A stretch of DNA of 64,000 nt from Saccostrea cucullata. Taxonomy: Eukaryota. This document shows, in pieces, positions 13,847 to 28,300 of this stretch (the first letter of the stretch is position 1; each line of letters opens with the position of its first letter). The DNA is taken from assembly GCF_032062105.1 (NCBI RefSeq), contig NW_026941020.1, positions 1 to 64,000 on the forward strand. The letters are read 5' to 3'. Under the pieces are notes generated by a model. It worked only from the letters and a program-made list of their open reading frames with translations. It had not been told where the DNA came from and ran no database searches. Made by a program: the position numbers and the translations under genes.

Positions 13847-16528
13847 TTATTGAGGGGAGAATCCGTTAGGACTGCTGGGATCACTGACCGGACTTTGAGA
13901 TCCCGGGGACAGGACGTTACGGAACTTGTTATGGAGACTGTTGAGCCAGTATCTGTAGATGGACTCTGTGGGGGTGGCGGGGGTCTGGGGAGGGGTCTCT
14001 TTGATGGGAGGGCGTGGCTTTACAGGGGTACCTCCGGGGGATCTGTAAAATAAAGTGTACATCAGCGGGATTTCTTCAAACAGGCATTGTGTCATACAGT
14101 GTAAATCAATCTGAACAATGAATGTTGAGGAGCTATACAGATTGGTTAGGTCACCTTCAGCATGCTTACCTTTCATTGGTTGTTGTTTTAAGTCGTTTCT
14201 GTGGATTAAAGGACATCAGTTCCTGATGAAGACTGCTTAATGACCCAATGGAATCTAACGAGGTAGTGGAACTACAAAAAATCCATCAAGATAATTGTTT
14301 TTTCTCCTTCATCAGTATTTATAATGAAATTCTATTTCTTACTCACAGAACGAAAAAATTAATATATTGCTATACAATTTTTTTCAGCAGTACTACTTCC
14401 TTAGTATTTAGATTGCACTAACCCCATTTCATTGGGAGGTTCTTTCTTTTTCAAGCTCAAAGGAGTATTGACCTAAAAGTAAAGCAAAATTAGTGGAGCA
14501 TTGCTCTAAAACACAAAATGTGAATCTTCAGTAAGAGAGATACAACGAACTCTGGAGGAAACTCAAACTGTTTGAAAAAAAAGCTTCAGCAGTTGCAGAA
14601 AAAGAAAGAAAATTTACCATTTACCTGAAGATCTATCTCCTTTAGCGGGGTACCGTCCTGACTGCCCCTCCTTTGACGTTTCTGTGGTGCTGGGATGACT
14701 GGCGGGGGTGGGGGTGGTGGTGGTGGGGGAGGGGGTGGGACAGGTACTGGGGGACAGGCTGTCTCTTCACTCTTCTCCTGACATGTTGTCTTTTTCTTGT
14801 CAGATTTGGAGTTTGATCCTTTCTTGGATTGCCTCCCCCTTGTTTTGGGTGACGCTGTGCTTGTTGTTGGTTCAGAGAGCTGCTGTTTTTCTGCTAAACG
14901 TTTGGATTGTCTTCTTCCTTTTGATTCTACAGATCCAATAAATATAATTTAGAACAAATCCTATTGTAAAACATTGATTACTAAATTATGTATTAATTAA
15001 AAGTCTTAAGAAAACTTTAAAAAAGAACAGGAATGTCAAGCAAAACATCTTAAAACATGCAAAAACTCATGTCATATACAAAGACTATAACCTAAAATCT
15101 AGAATTATTCTTAAAGTCAGTCTGAGACTTGCTTAGTCATGCCTGTAATGTACGTAGTGACAGAACAAGACTTATACAGACAGACATACCCAGATTGTAG
15201 TCAAACACGCGACTCATGCCTGACGTTAGCTCCTTCATCTTACGTTGACATTCCTTGTCTGTCATAAAATCAACATTTTCTTCTCCCTTTATCAGTGTCA
15301 TCATTTTCACCTGTAGAATAAGATAATGCTCTGACATTAAAAAAATACACATCAAGATGGTGTTCATAATAGAAGCTACACAAGATGGTGTTTATAAGCT
15401 ACCACAATGAATGTGAAAGTAAACATCCTCAAATATACTAATGCCCCGGTAATAGTACATGATGATCAAAGTGGACATATACTAATACAAATGTAAACTG
15501 CCCAGTCTACAAATGTTGTGACACTCTATTGTTATACACTTTTCTTAGAACCAAAGTTTGGCTTACGTGGCATTATATCAGAGGCAATCTCTTTTTCCTA
15601 CATTATTTTTGACTTCTTTTATCTTGCCTCTGAAGCCAATAAAAATATCATAATTTTCAGATTTCTGTCACTACTATTTGGCTAATTTTTAACTAATAAA
15701 CCATTTAGAAAACAAATTAATTTTGATCATACACTGATTTCCATAATACAAGGAGATATAAATGTAGTTGAAATTACCAACTTTATAAAAAATATTGTGT
15801 GACACTAATACGCCTCCGTAACATTTAGTATTTACCTACCTTTAGAAATTTCAGAGGTTTTTCTTGTTTAATTTTCTTCTTCAGAACATTCTTGTAGACA
15901 CCTGGATTTTTTTCCATAAATGCTATAAGATTCTACAAAATATATATAAAATAGATCACTTCACAATGTAACATGATGTACTGATGGGTAACTCCGTTGG
16001 ACATTATATCATTAAATAAATGTTTATTTGGTATAAACACGAAATGTTACTATGTCCAGTAGTACACGTGAATATGTTAGAAAGGATAGCTTTGTTTAAG
16101 CTTCTAATTGGGTCTTTGGAAATATGTTTGTTAGAGCCTGAGAGGGGGTCATTTCTGTGGGAAGAAACAGGAGTTCCTGGAAAAATCCCTTGCACATGTT
16201 AGAGCGGGTGACCACCTTACCCTCTCACAATCACTGCGGATCACTGGGATTGAAGTTATTGAACTCAGATTGACGAGTTGAGAAGAGAGTGTGTTACCAC
16301 TGTGCTACCAGGACTACATCATTTTAACGATAGAATGTTACAGGGCAGGACTTTATTAGAATGTGTAGGAAGTGTTTGTACGACTGTGTATGAGATCATC
16401 ACCTGTAAAGCTTTCTCCGTCTCGGATATCGTCTGATTTTCGTAGTCCTCCTCCGTTATTTGAGAACAGTACGCAGCTGTCATGTCACATGGTGCATCAA
16501 ATTCATCCATATCTTCAACTCCCGCCAT
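13847..16528 (-). CDS. Uncharacterised proline-rich protein with a PRR11/MTFR-like C-terminus (exons 16528-16403, 15932-15840, 15310-15190, 14926-14625, 14472-14423, 14271-14170, 14042-13847)
   Basis: Seven GT-AG exons with consistent phases. There is a poly-Pro tract, and the C-terminal RLKTTTNERSPGGTP...SLHNKF resembles the LRxxxRSPGGTP...ALxxKF motif of PRR11/MTFR proteins. Confidence 0.75.
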
Positions 16529-16839
16529 ATTCTGGTAGATATAAACATTAGTTTTACAAAATTATTACCTAATTCATTATATGAATATGCCATGTGTTCA
16601 TTCACTCATTGTGTTGTTTTTTTCTACACGTTTTGCATGTGTAAAAATTAAACACCCTTTAGACAGATACCTTGTAAAGTCTCTTTCTCAAACGACATAA
16701 TCATGAAATATCAAAATATTATTCTAACAGCATTGTAATGTTTTCATGTTGGATTTCACCCCCCCCCCCCACACACACACACACACACTTCTTTGACCTT
16801 AACACTGTTAATTAATATTATTCAGATTTGCCAGAATAA

Positions 16840-17286
16840 TTGCAAATCACTTCCGTCAACATTAGGCATAAATATATACAAACTCTTTTGAACAGACTTC
16901 TTCTGTCTTCTCTTCAAATAGAGCGCCTTATTTTCTATCGGGGCCGTTATTTTGATCATGTGACGATCGTGACATCCGGGCATCTTTCATGTTCATGGGC
17001 GCTCGTCGCCATATCAAGTTCTAGGTTGCAGTCGAAAGATTGCAATTGTTGCCACCAAGAAGGGCAAAGCCACTTGTGTTTGGGGGCAAGAAACCCCCAA
17101 AGTTCAGAAGCTTTTAGCTACTTACTTTTTGACTGATTCACACTAATTTCTTATCGAATAACTTTTCATTTATTTTGGTTGGTCATCATGGAGTTGTGAA
17201 AATGTCGTCGTTTGTAGTCTGCGTCTCTTCTTTCCACGAAGGAGCGACCTTTGGGTCTAGTACTAACTCATTTATTTGGGGGGTTT
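16840..17286. promoter_or_regulatory. Putative bidirectional promoter between the PRR11-like gene and RNF10
   Basis: The start codons are head-to-head about 760 bp apart. The interval has a CpG-richer patch with ETS-like CACTTCCG (~16848), CATGTGAC and YY1-like CGCCAT. Confidence 0.5.
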
Positions 17287-20200
17287 ATGTTGGAGGAAAA
17301 TTGCAATACAATGGACAAGAAAAACAATCGTCAGTCGCCATCAACTGTTCAAAAATCCAGCAATGGTAACGATTCAAAAAGATTGCAAAATAATGGTGAG
17401 CACAGCAATATTTATTGCTTTAAATTTTTTCACAAGTTTCACCTTGTTTTAAAGTTTCATCTTGTTCACCTAATATTCATTGTCAGGTCATGAAATCACT
17501 CGATGATAAATGAAAAGCGTATATTCTTAATACTTTAGCTTATAAACTTACCATGGAGATTATAAATAAACAATTTTTAGTCAGGGACAATGCATAAGCT
17601 TATGATACTAGCATGGAATGAAAAAAATGTGTATGCATTGAATAATATGTCTTGATTGTAGGGGAGAATTCTGCAGCCCGCCAGTTTGGCCGTGGGGGGA
17701 GGAGGAGGGAATTCAGTGGGAGAAACACGACAGAAAACAGTCCACGCAGGCCCACACCACAAAAAAATCGTAGCGTGTTTGACAAGCGGCCTCGCGCTCG
17801 AAGTGGACAATATAGTCAGGAATCTGATCCTTCTAGAGAAGACGTAAGAATGGCTTATTTATAGACTCAAGGGGGATAATCCAAATTCACTATTGCACAA
17901 CACATTGAAATGTAAATAAAACACAACATTTGTTTTTGTGTCTGAGTCTTTTAAATTTAATCTCTACCATTGCATTAGAAACTTTCATGTAAATGGAAGT
18001 GCTCAATGCTTATTTTCCTCTTGGTAATTTCAATTCAAGCATGGATGATTTCATGGTATCGTTCAGCATCTGTGCATATTTTGTATGGTAATCATTACTT
18101 GCTAAGTTGTATATTTGTTTAGATAGAAGAAAACTAGAATGTAACCTAGTTACAGAGGAAGCAATACAACATAAAAATAAAATTCTGTAAAACTGATGAA
18201 TCAGTTCTATGTAGGATTTTTTTTCTTTGTAAAAGTTGTAAGGCTGCTATGAAAAATGTTTTTATTTTTTCTTTTCCACAGCTGACAGAAGAGTTTTCAG
18301 TGGAACTGGATTTAGTTTCTGGAAGAAAAACAAATTTAAATCACCTGTTGAACTTTAATTATGGTGGACGCAGAGGTCCTGAAAAGACTAAAGGTCGTTC
18401 ATCCTGGCAATCAGACGGTTACCAAGGTTACGGAAGGAGGAAGGGGTCGTCTAAAAGGGTGTTATACAACAAGGAGCAGTACCTCCAAGCCAAGTAAGGG
18501 TTTATCCCCCAGAAACTTCACATATAATATGGTTGACCTTTAAAATCTCCAATTTTATTGAGTGAATTGTCTTGAAAAACTGGTGTGAATTCATACCCAT
18601 GCAATCTTTCTGTTTCACAAATCTGCTAATTGGTAACATCAAAGAAAGCTAAAATTTTTTGTAAGGGTATTTTCCTACCATTATTTGTAATACATTTGTA
18701 TACTAATGTGTTTAAATTACATTTCCTAAATTTTTTTGACTGTTGAAAAATAAATTATAAAGTTTGAATGGAATTGAGAAATGGTTTGGATTAAATTGTA
18801 AGAGTTTGTCTGTACTATACAAGTCAAGATTTGATTGTATTATTTGGCCGTTCCTACTTTAGTCTCCAGATTTGATTGTATTATTTGGCCTTGCTATTTT
18901 AGTTACCAGTTTATCGTGAAGGATGATGGGGATTACACTCTTCATACTGTGGACCCTGATGTTCTCGTAGACTGGGACGCCATTGAACAGATTGTAAGCT
19001 ATTGCCTTAATTTTAATTGTCTGTTTGTACTTTGTACAGTAATGTTTATCAAATGTTTTTCTCTTTCCATTAACATGTATTGAATATTAAAATTCTCTGG
19101 GGAAGAATAATTCATGTAAGATATCTTCCGTCTTTCAGCGCGTCTCTGGACATGAAATATCCTCCTGTCCTATCTGTCTGGAGCAGCCCACAGCCGGTAA
19201 GTTCTGTCTCAGAAATCAAGTATCTGACGTTGTACATGTAGCTGTAGATGAATGTGTAATCATCTACTGTACGTTAGTAAACAGTCTTCTGGTCTTAAGA
19301 ATCAAGTATCTGAAGTTGTGGAGATGAATGTGTAATAATCTGCTGTACATTGGTCCCTGATGTAAATGTTCTTCTGTTACAGCTAAGATGACCAGATGTG
19401 GACATATTTACTGCTGGCCGTGCATTCTGCATTACTTAGCCTTGGGAGAACAAACATGGAGGAAATGTCCCATCTGCTACGAGTCTGTTCATGAAAAAGA
19501 TCTCAAAAGGTAAAAATCATTGACCTTATAATTATTGGAGTCAGGTTAGTGTTTTACTTTTTGTAAAGATAGGCTGAAGAAGCTTTCTTCCAGTTCCAGA
19601 TTTAGCGAGTCACATTTTTTGTTGTGAAGTCTGTAAACATTTCACATTTGCTTTAAAAGTTTAGAAGTTTTCCTCTGTAAACATTTCACAATTGCTTTAA
19701 AGGTTTAGAAGTTTTCCTTTAATTCGTACAGGGGTGTGCAATTAAAAAAATCAATTACTAGCCCACGGGCTAGTGGCAGCTATAAAGTTACTAGCCCCAA
19801 GTGAAAAGTTACTAGCCCAAATATAGGTGCAAAAATTAAAATAAAAAAATATTTGAAAAGAAATTAATTGTTGAAAAAGTCAGGGTACTGAGGACATTCT
19901 TTTTAAAATCAAAGTTTAATTCTCACTATGAAATTAAATCATGTATAAATTATAATGAAAGGAGATTAAAATGAATTTAAATAAATTATCTTCCCTTTTT
20001 CTGAACATTGCACTAGCTCATTTAAAATGAAATTTAATTCATTTTGTTTTCATCTTAATTCATTAAATACACTATAAATATATTTTATGTGAGTCATAAA
20101 ACACTTATCTTTCAGTTGATTGAGTGATGGTATATAATTTAATGAGATATCTGCATGTATTTACCATAAACAAAAGAATAGAGGAAATTCGGATTAGGAA

Positions 20201-23200
20201 AAAACTATCGCTTTTGGAAGTAAATAAGTCAGGTAGTGCTGCAAAACAGATAAGATTATGGAGATTTATTTGAGAGTAGGAGCATGTTGTCAGAAAAATT
20301 TTCACTGGTTGGGAATTTGATAGCAAAAACGAGTGAAAATACAGGTTGTGCTTTTCATGTATTGCGTGTGTAGTTATAATTTTGACTAGCCCGACGGGCT
20401 ACCTCCATGCAGAAAATCACTAGCCTGACCCCAAAAAGTGGTAGCCCCGGGCATCGGGCAATGCTAATTGCACACCCCTGTTGTAGTGCATGGGTGCTAA
20501 TTATTTCTATCCTGCGGATGAAATTAAAGAAAGAAATTATCCACAATAGTATCTCTGAATTCAGTTATATTTTGCCTTATGAAGTATTTTTTTTGTTCAG
20601 CACAAGGACAGAGAAATTCCCGATGTATAAAGTAGGTCAAACTATAACTATGCAGCTGATGAAAAAAGAGAGAGGAACAATCTATGCCATGCCAAAAAGT
20701 TTGTGGGAGAAGAGAGAGGGCAACATGATGAGTATTACTGGTAAGATACACAATTCAGGAAATTATCTCAACACCCAGTATAAGTATGAACAAAAAAGGT
20801 ATTCAACAATACCCAGAATAGATTAAGCAGAGGTTGATTTTCCAAATAATCACATTATCTATAAAAAGATTAATGAAATTATTGCAGTAACTGAATGAGA
20901 TCAGGTTTATTGTACAGCTATCAGATTAATTAATTAATTGGTTGATCAAACATTTAAAGAAAAGTAAGATTTAGGTTAAGTTCTTCGAAATTGTTTGTAT
21001 AGAGAAAGTTCATAGAGTTAATCATTTGTAGAGAGTTCATAGAGTTAATCATTTGTAGAGAGATACAGTAGTCTGTGACTGTGTCTTTCATAGAAAGATA
21101 ATGTATTTGAGTTTTTGATTGGATTTTCAGATGATGCCAGGAAATCAGCTGGGATGAAAATTCTGACTGCAGACAAGGAATTCATAAAGAATCAGATCAT
21201 TGATGTGGAAAGATGTGAATTGGAGCGGAAAAATTGGGAGGCAGAGGTACGTGTTATTACAAACTGAAGTGTCTGTAAAAATAAGTACCGTATAAGTGGA
21301 AATTTTAACGAGGCGCAAATTTAGCAATTTCTCCTTAAAAACTGGTATTTTCTTTCTAGCGAGAAGTAATTTTAGCAATTTAAAATTGCTCACTTAAGAA
21401 GCCAGTAAAAATAATACACAATTTATTTTTAGCGAAATTCTATTTTAGCGATCTCAACAGCCTCGCTAATAATGCCAAAATTAAATTCTCGCTGAAATTT
21501 CTACTTATAGGGTATCCGTAAATCTGTTGGAAAAGGAATTCAGCAGTGTTATTTCATTAGGTATATAAGGCTTAAGAAGAAAAATAAGTTTCTATCATTT
21601 TGAATGTAATGAAGCTTACATGGTTGTTTATTTAGTGAGGTTCATTGATATTACTAGTATGTGTGTTTTCCAGACTTCAGAAGTGGCCTTTATAGACTCT
21701 GCCCTACATCACTTGAAGGTAAGACTAACTGAAGAATGGTTGGATACTTGGATACAAGTAAAGTGTCTTATCTGTGTGTGAATTGTTGTTGAAAGTCATG
21801 CCTTATCATAACTGAAGTGTTGTATCCATGCTCTTTTTTCAGGCAAGGGAAGAGAACTTGATGAGAAGACATTCTTCCTCCTCATTTGCGAGTGAACCAG
21901 CATCTCCAAAGATTGAGAGTTCTCAGAGCGATCAAATCCACATCCCTGCACAGGTAACAAAATTTTAAAAAAAGGGAAAAAAAGAAAGAAAAAAAAAAGG
22001 TCCATCTTGTTCTGTTCTGACCTAGGTAGTTATCCCATAATTAAAGTAAAGAGTATCAACTGCAGAATAATAAAACAGTTGTTGTAAGTTTCTAGCACAA
22101 GCTGGAAATATTTCCATTGTTAAAATGAAGAGATATCAAAATGATTTTATGTTGTTTACAGAATGCCACTGAATATATCTGTGCTTTCTCCAACGAAGAA
22201 GTACCAAGTAATAAGCAAGCACAAACAGACACACCTACATGTACAAAGACAGACCCTGATGTACCTAGTGAAGAACTAGCACAGACAGACACACCTTCAA
22301 AGGAGGACTCTGACGAGCCAGAGATTGGGACAATAATGCCAGAAGATGTCCTGCCCCTAGAGGAAGCGGCAGAGAATCTGGAAATCCCCCACTTAGAAGG
22401 AGACTCACCGAAAAACATCAACAATTCCTTCTACTTCTACCAAGGTTAGCATACAAAATTATTGCAGCTGAAAATATTAATTGGTAGAAAATATTAAAGA
22501 TCTACATACAATGAATATTATGGTTAATATTACAAGGACAATGTATAAAGCATTAGTTAATCAATGGTATTTGAAGGACAATGTATAAAGCATTAGTTAA
22601 TCACTAGTATGTGTAGTGAATGATTTACCCTTTGCTGAGGTTGGACCAATGATTTAACAAATGACGATAGACTTTAAATTCAACAACATACACAAATCTT
22701 TATCCAAATTTGGACATACCCCCAAAGACTGAGAATTTTTGTAATCAATTTATGGGTTGTCTATGTAAAAAATAGGCACTAAGTGTTGATATCCATTGCA
22801 GCGGAGGATGGACAGCGTATTTTCCTGCATGCATTAAATGCCAGGTGTCTGGTGAAGGAGTACGGAGGATTAGAACACAGTCCCCAGACTATCACAGCCA
22901 AGATAGTGGAAATGGAGAGTGTATTCATGACAGAGGTCAGAGTCATGTACAGTATCTCAGTGTAATAGTTGTGTCATTACATGTATCTTCATAATGATCA
23001 AAAACGTTATTGTTTGAAGCCGTTAGTACTATCAGTACTTTGATGTTTGTTTAGGAGTTGAGGAAGAGACTGCGTTACCTGTCACACCTTCCTCTGACCA
23101 GTGAGTTCCAGGTGGCTGAACTTGACCTCCGACCTCCGATCCTGTCCAGGGACACCCTCAACTGCTTTGCTGGTAAGGTATCCCTTTTGATTATTTGTTA

Positions 23201-24657
23201 AATCTTTGCATGAAAATGATGATCTTACATTTACTTAAGGATCTTGATTTCCCCTCTGGTTTTGATATTAGGGTAATAATAGCCTGCATTTTTCTGATCA
23301 TAGAGGATATTGAGCATAGAAAACGATTAAGACAGAAAAGAGTGAGGTATGAGAAGAGATGGAGCAAGAAAATCCAGGATGAAGAAAAACGTCGACTTGG
23401 AATCAGCCCAGGGATGAAGATTGTAAAGTCTGCCTTGTGTTCTCAAATTGTGTTGGAGAATCGACCCATGTCACCCACGGCTAAAAGTGACAGCAGCGAG
23501 AGCGTGCCGTCGGTGTCCTCACCCGTAGGGAGCCCCCTAGGTAAGAAATGATGTGTAGAAGTCTGTCATATGGTTTCTGATTGTATTGATAGAATGTAAC
23601 AAAAATTGTAAATTACATACAGCAAAACTTGGTTATAACGAAGTCACAGGGACCTATGAAATTACTTCGCTATATTCGTAATTCGTTACAACCGTATAAG
23701 AAATTCATTTAAGTTGTATAGATGGTGATCGAAGATGACTTCGCTATATTCGTTAATTCGCAATATCCATATTCGTACTAATCGAGTTTTGCTGTACATG
23801 TAACTTTGTTTTTGCCAATGATTTAAATTAATTGTTTACAAATTTGATTTACATTTTACAGAAGGGGTTACTTTGGGGTCGTCGTTGGAAGAAGATGATG
23901 GTCAACAGACATCCTTGTCCTTTGCACAGGTATATTTAGTGTTAAGTGCCCACTCAAGTAAATTTCCATACATGTACTTACAAGTTTGCAAAGATTCAAT
24001 AATACTGTGTGTCCTGTATTTTAATGTTTGTCCAAACTATATTTAGATGTTGCGAGGAGGGACGAAGAAAGCCCCTGTGTGGCCTAAAGTCAGTGAACCA
24101 AAACAAGAACATAAACCCTCCGCCCGGGATAGTGATGGTAGTGACGAAGAAAGATCCGCTGCACCTGTCTTTCAGAACTCATTTGGAGAGGCCATACAAA
24201 CGGCACTGGAAAATCTAGAGAGTGGAAAAGGTGAGGGGTCATACACTTTACAAATGTATCTCTTCAGTAACTGTGTTCTTATAAAAGGTCAGTTTATTTG
24301 AGAGAGAAGAGTCAAGTTGCATGATCTCTCTATTAAACTTTGCTTATATTTTGATGTAGGAGATGTGCATGGCTTTCCAATTTATAGTCGAATTTTTGAC
24401 TACCTTGATATTTCACAAAATTAAAATCCAAGCTCTGAAGAGGAAAATGATGATTTAAATTCAGTTTCATTAGAACATGCAATTTCTTTTAATATGATGT
24501 CAGAGTATGATGATGTGTCCTATTTATAGTATGTATTTTTGTAGCCCAAGGCAGCACAGAAGATGGCGGATTCAGAATGGAAAAGCTACCTGGAAAAAAG
24601 AAAAAGAAACAACAAAAGCTTTTGTTTGCTACGTCCATGGCGAGAGGAGGGAAATAA
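17287..24657 (+). CDS. RNF10: E3 ubiquitin ligase RING finger protein 10, 17 exons (17287-17396, 17662-17843, 18282-18493, 18903-18993, 19139-19196, 19383-19509, 20601-20740, 21131-21246, 21674-21718, 21843-21953, 22162-22444, 22802-22935, 23055-23172, 23304-23540, 23862-23929, 24047-24230, 24545-24657)
   Basis: [33 protein letters not shown]...[18 protein letters not shown]...[34 protein letters not shown] and C-terminal [11 protein letters not shown] are all RNF10 hallmarks. Confidence 0.93.
19729..20480. mobile_element. MITE in an RNF10 intron
   Basis: 16-bp TIR CAGGGGTGTGCAATTA / TAATTGCACACCCCTG with subterminal TAGCCC repeats. Confidence 0.8.
21288..21512. mobile_element. Short TA-flanked MITE
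   Basis: TA|CCGTATAAGTGGAAATTT ... AAATTTCTACTTATAGGG|TA. Confidence 0.75.
23620..23794. mobile_element. Short Tc1/pogo-like MITE
   Basis: TA|CAGCAAAACTTGGTTA...TAATCGAGTTTTGCTG|TA. Confidence 0.75.
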
Positions 24658-25379
24658 CCAACTCTGTCAATGTTATACAATAGAACTGAATATTCTCTGT
24701 CAATGTTACACAATAGAACTGAATATTCTCTGTCAATGTTATACAATAGAACTGAATATCAACTACCATTTATGACAAGGAAAATAATCAACTCTGTCAA
24801 TGTTATACAATAGAACTGAATATTAACTACCATTTATGACTAGTAAAGAAAATTACTCGTGTATTTTCCTAATTAAGTTGACATTGAATATTGCTATAAA
24901 ATGATAAAGATAAGTTACTATTTATGATTGTTTGCTAAACTAAACATCTGAATGTTAAAATATTTTAATATCATTGTTGAAAAAGAATTATTTTGTAATT
25001 TTCTACAAGTTCGAGTAGAGAATTTATTGTATCTTTTCTAGAATTCTTTTTTTATAATTTGAGTGTCATATTGTTCTCTATGTGCATGGGATGATGGACT
25101 GTTTGTGAGTGCCTACAAAAGTCTGTGTTTCCCATTTTGTTACATTAAATAGATTTTGGTTACTGGTATAATTTGTTGTGTTTTTTATTGCAAAAAGATT
25201 ACAAAGTTTGATTAGTGGAAATAGAATGAGTAATTCCCCTTGATTTGGAACTCTTTTGAAGATAGAGGCGAGAAAAATGACAAATTGTAAACGTGGGGGA
25301 AGAAGTGTTTGCATAAAATGTTGGTTTATAGTAAGTGCTTTGCCAGTTTCTGATTCATATGTTATTGGGAACATAAAAG

Positions 25380-28300
25380 ATGTCACGTGCTAGCCACAGA
25401 TTGATTTGTAGAAGAGTTTTGTTTGGGTGTTTGCTGTCTGAAAAGAGAAACTTTGTGAAGTCTATTGCTGTAAATTGGAAAGGACAAACTCCAGGGAATG
25501 GCGAGCATCTGCCTGATTACAACTATAGACTGCCAGGACAGGGAAAGAGGTCACAAAAGTAGGTCATGGATATGATTATAAAGTTAATGTCGAAAAGGGT
25601 TATTGAACAGTGATACACTGTATATTTTATCAATTGTATGTAGCTGGCCAAATAATGAACAAATCCTAGATTTTCATCCAAAGTAGATAAGAATGTATTA
25701 TGGATATTAGCCTGAGTAGCTCAATTGGGAGAGCACCTGAATAGGTGATAAAAGAATCAGGTTTGATTCCTCTGGTCATACATACTATATACAGGGTTAT
25801 TTTCGCCCTTTTGAACTTGTGAACAATTTTGATATATTTAATTTTAAGAAATTATCAGATGTGAACATATATTAAATTGGCCCAATCAAGGAAATGGCGA
25901 AAATAAAATGGGGAGCGAAAATTTCCCTGTATACAGTATTACTTATCCTTCCCTGTTACAGATCGATATGCATGTATATCTAATTTATCACATTGAACAC
26001 ATTATATATGCATGGCTGAGGTAGTGGTTTATTATTTAAAATATGTGCATAAAGTACCTGCAGCTTTGAAAAAGTATTTCTTTTGGCACAACTAATATAT
26101 ATATGAAAATTGAATATTGCAAATTAGCCTATAACTTTTGTGCACCAGTGACAAAACTATGGCTGGAACTTCTAGTGTTTTAGTGGTAATTTCATGTTAT
26201 TCTTCCACATGTCAGTTATAAATTTTACAAAAAACTTGTAAACTGATGTAGTTTGAAAAAGAGAAATTCAACTGTATCAATTTTTGACCAGACCCTTCCT
26301 TTGGCCCAGACCTCATTTTTCTTCAGATCATGTTAAGATGTTTCAAAGAAATATTAAAGCTTTTTTTATCAGAAGTATGGTATTTCACATTGTGGACATA
26401 TTTCATGTAGTTTGTATTTTTCTAGAAACTTTCAACTTGAAGAACCTTTTAATCCTATCGCTGCAAACATCTTAGTGTAATAAAGCCTAGGTCCAGCGGT
26501 CCTTAAACCCAATAAAGCTTATTCACCATTATATGTTTTATTCATTATAATCCTCAGGTCTTTTGACGACCGAGAGCCAGGTGTTGCAGTGAGAGGGGAG
26601 ATTCTTTTTGGAGTTCATCCTATTTCTCTGGCTCTGAGGGCAAACAAGAGAAAAGTGTACAAACTTTATCTCAAACAAAATACAACCTTCAGAGCAGAAG
26701 CAGAGAGGGTCATACAGATGGCAGACAAACTCTCTGTCCCCATGACTTTTGTGGATAAAGGCGTTCTGGAGAGGCTGAGTGGGTCCAGGCCAAACCAGGG
26801 AATGTGTCTGGATGTGTCACAGCTTCCTGTTCCCTGGGCTGAAGCTAAAGTCAGGTACGCTTAAATAGGGTAAGGCTTTTATAACCATTTACTCTCCTTT
26901 AAGAGAAGAACATATTCCATTCCTATGCTCTTCATTAATATGGTAATCATAATCAAATGAATTTTCAGAATTTTACTGTATAGGTACTGTATACATATCA
27001 TTCAAAGACCTCGGAGTTTTACCTAGTACTTTAACCTTGGCAATGAGCTCTATAGAGGGACATAAGTGTTTCACAAAAGTGTACATTCATCTTGCATGTC
27101 TTGTTGTTTTATAATTTTCATAGGGCTGAATTAAAAGAGTCTAAATGGAGATACCCTCTCTGGCTGATGCCATACAATGTACAGGTATGATATTACACAG
27201 CAATTGTCAATCTAAGGTCAGAGATGCATACTGAAGCCATACTCTTCAACAGTAAACTTTGTCCTAAATCCCTTCCCAAATGTACCAATATTTTATGAGA
27301 TCTCCTTAGAGATGCGTTTGATAAATATTAATTTTGTGTATAACCCTAAAATTAAATTTGATAGAAATGCAAATACAGGTTTGAAATCCTATAATTTTTA
27401 AGGACCCCATGAATTTTGGAGCCATTCTCAGAACGTCTTATTTCCTGGGTGTTGACAAAGTCCTAGCTCCACAGAAAGAGAGGTCAGTGTCATTAACAGG
27501 ACTCCTCACACTACAGAACCATACTTGTGTAAGATAAATGTCAGGTTTTAATGTTATATATTTTATTGACAGTTGTAGCTTGAGTCCAGTAGTGAGCAAG
27601 GCAAGTTCTGGAGCTTTGGAGGTTATAAATCTGACCAGGTATAAAGAGGAGCAGGACATGATAGACACACTACAGGTTAGTTATCATTGAGTGAGTGAGG
27701 TCAGTTCTGGAGGTTATAAATCTGACCAGGTATAAAGAGGAGCAGGACATGATAGACACACTACAGGTTAGTTATCATTGAGTGAGGTCAGTTCTGGAGG
27801 TGATAAATCTGTCCAGGTGTAAAAGGGAGCAGGACATGATTGACTTACTACAGGTTAGTTAAACCCCCCTTACAAACCAAGCTTGAAGGGGGGGGGGGGT
27901 ATATAGGAATCACCATGTCCGTCTGTCTGTGCAAACATGTTTGGTCCATATCTTTCTTACGGAGGAATATTAGAATCTAGTACTTCATACAAAGATTGCT
28001 CATGACCTAAGGGTGTGTCATGTCCTTGACCTAAGGTCATTAGGGGAATTTCAAGGACACTGACAGAAAAAAAAAATCATAATTCATGTCCGTCCATATC
28101 TTTCTTATGGATAAACGTGTAGATTGCTTATAACCTTAGGGTTTGTCATGACTTTGAACCAAGGTCATTATTGATTAATGCAAGTTCAAGGTCACTGACA
28201 GAATAAAATCATAATGTGTGTCTGGACTGTATCTTTAGTATTTATTTTTATAAGGCTGCACCTGAGTTTCATTCATAAAAATATAATACCGGTAAGCAAT

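Noticed and set aside
24563-24775. ORF with (LCQCYTIELNI)n repeats
   Set aside because: Wrong frame of the last RNF10 exon running into a 33-bp UTR repeat.
25708-25775. tRNA gene
   Set aside because: The A/B boxes are degenerate and no cloverleaf can be formed; more likely a SINE head.
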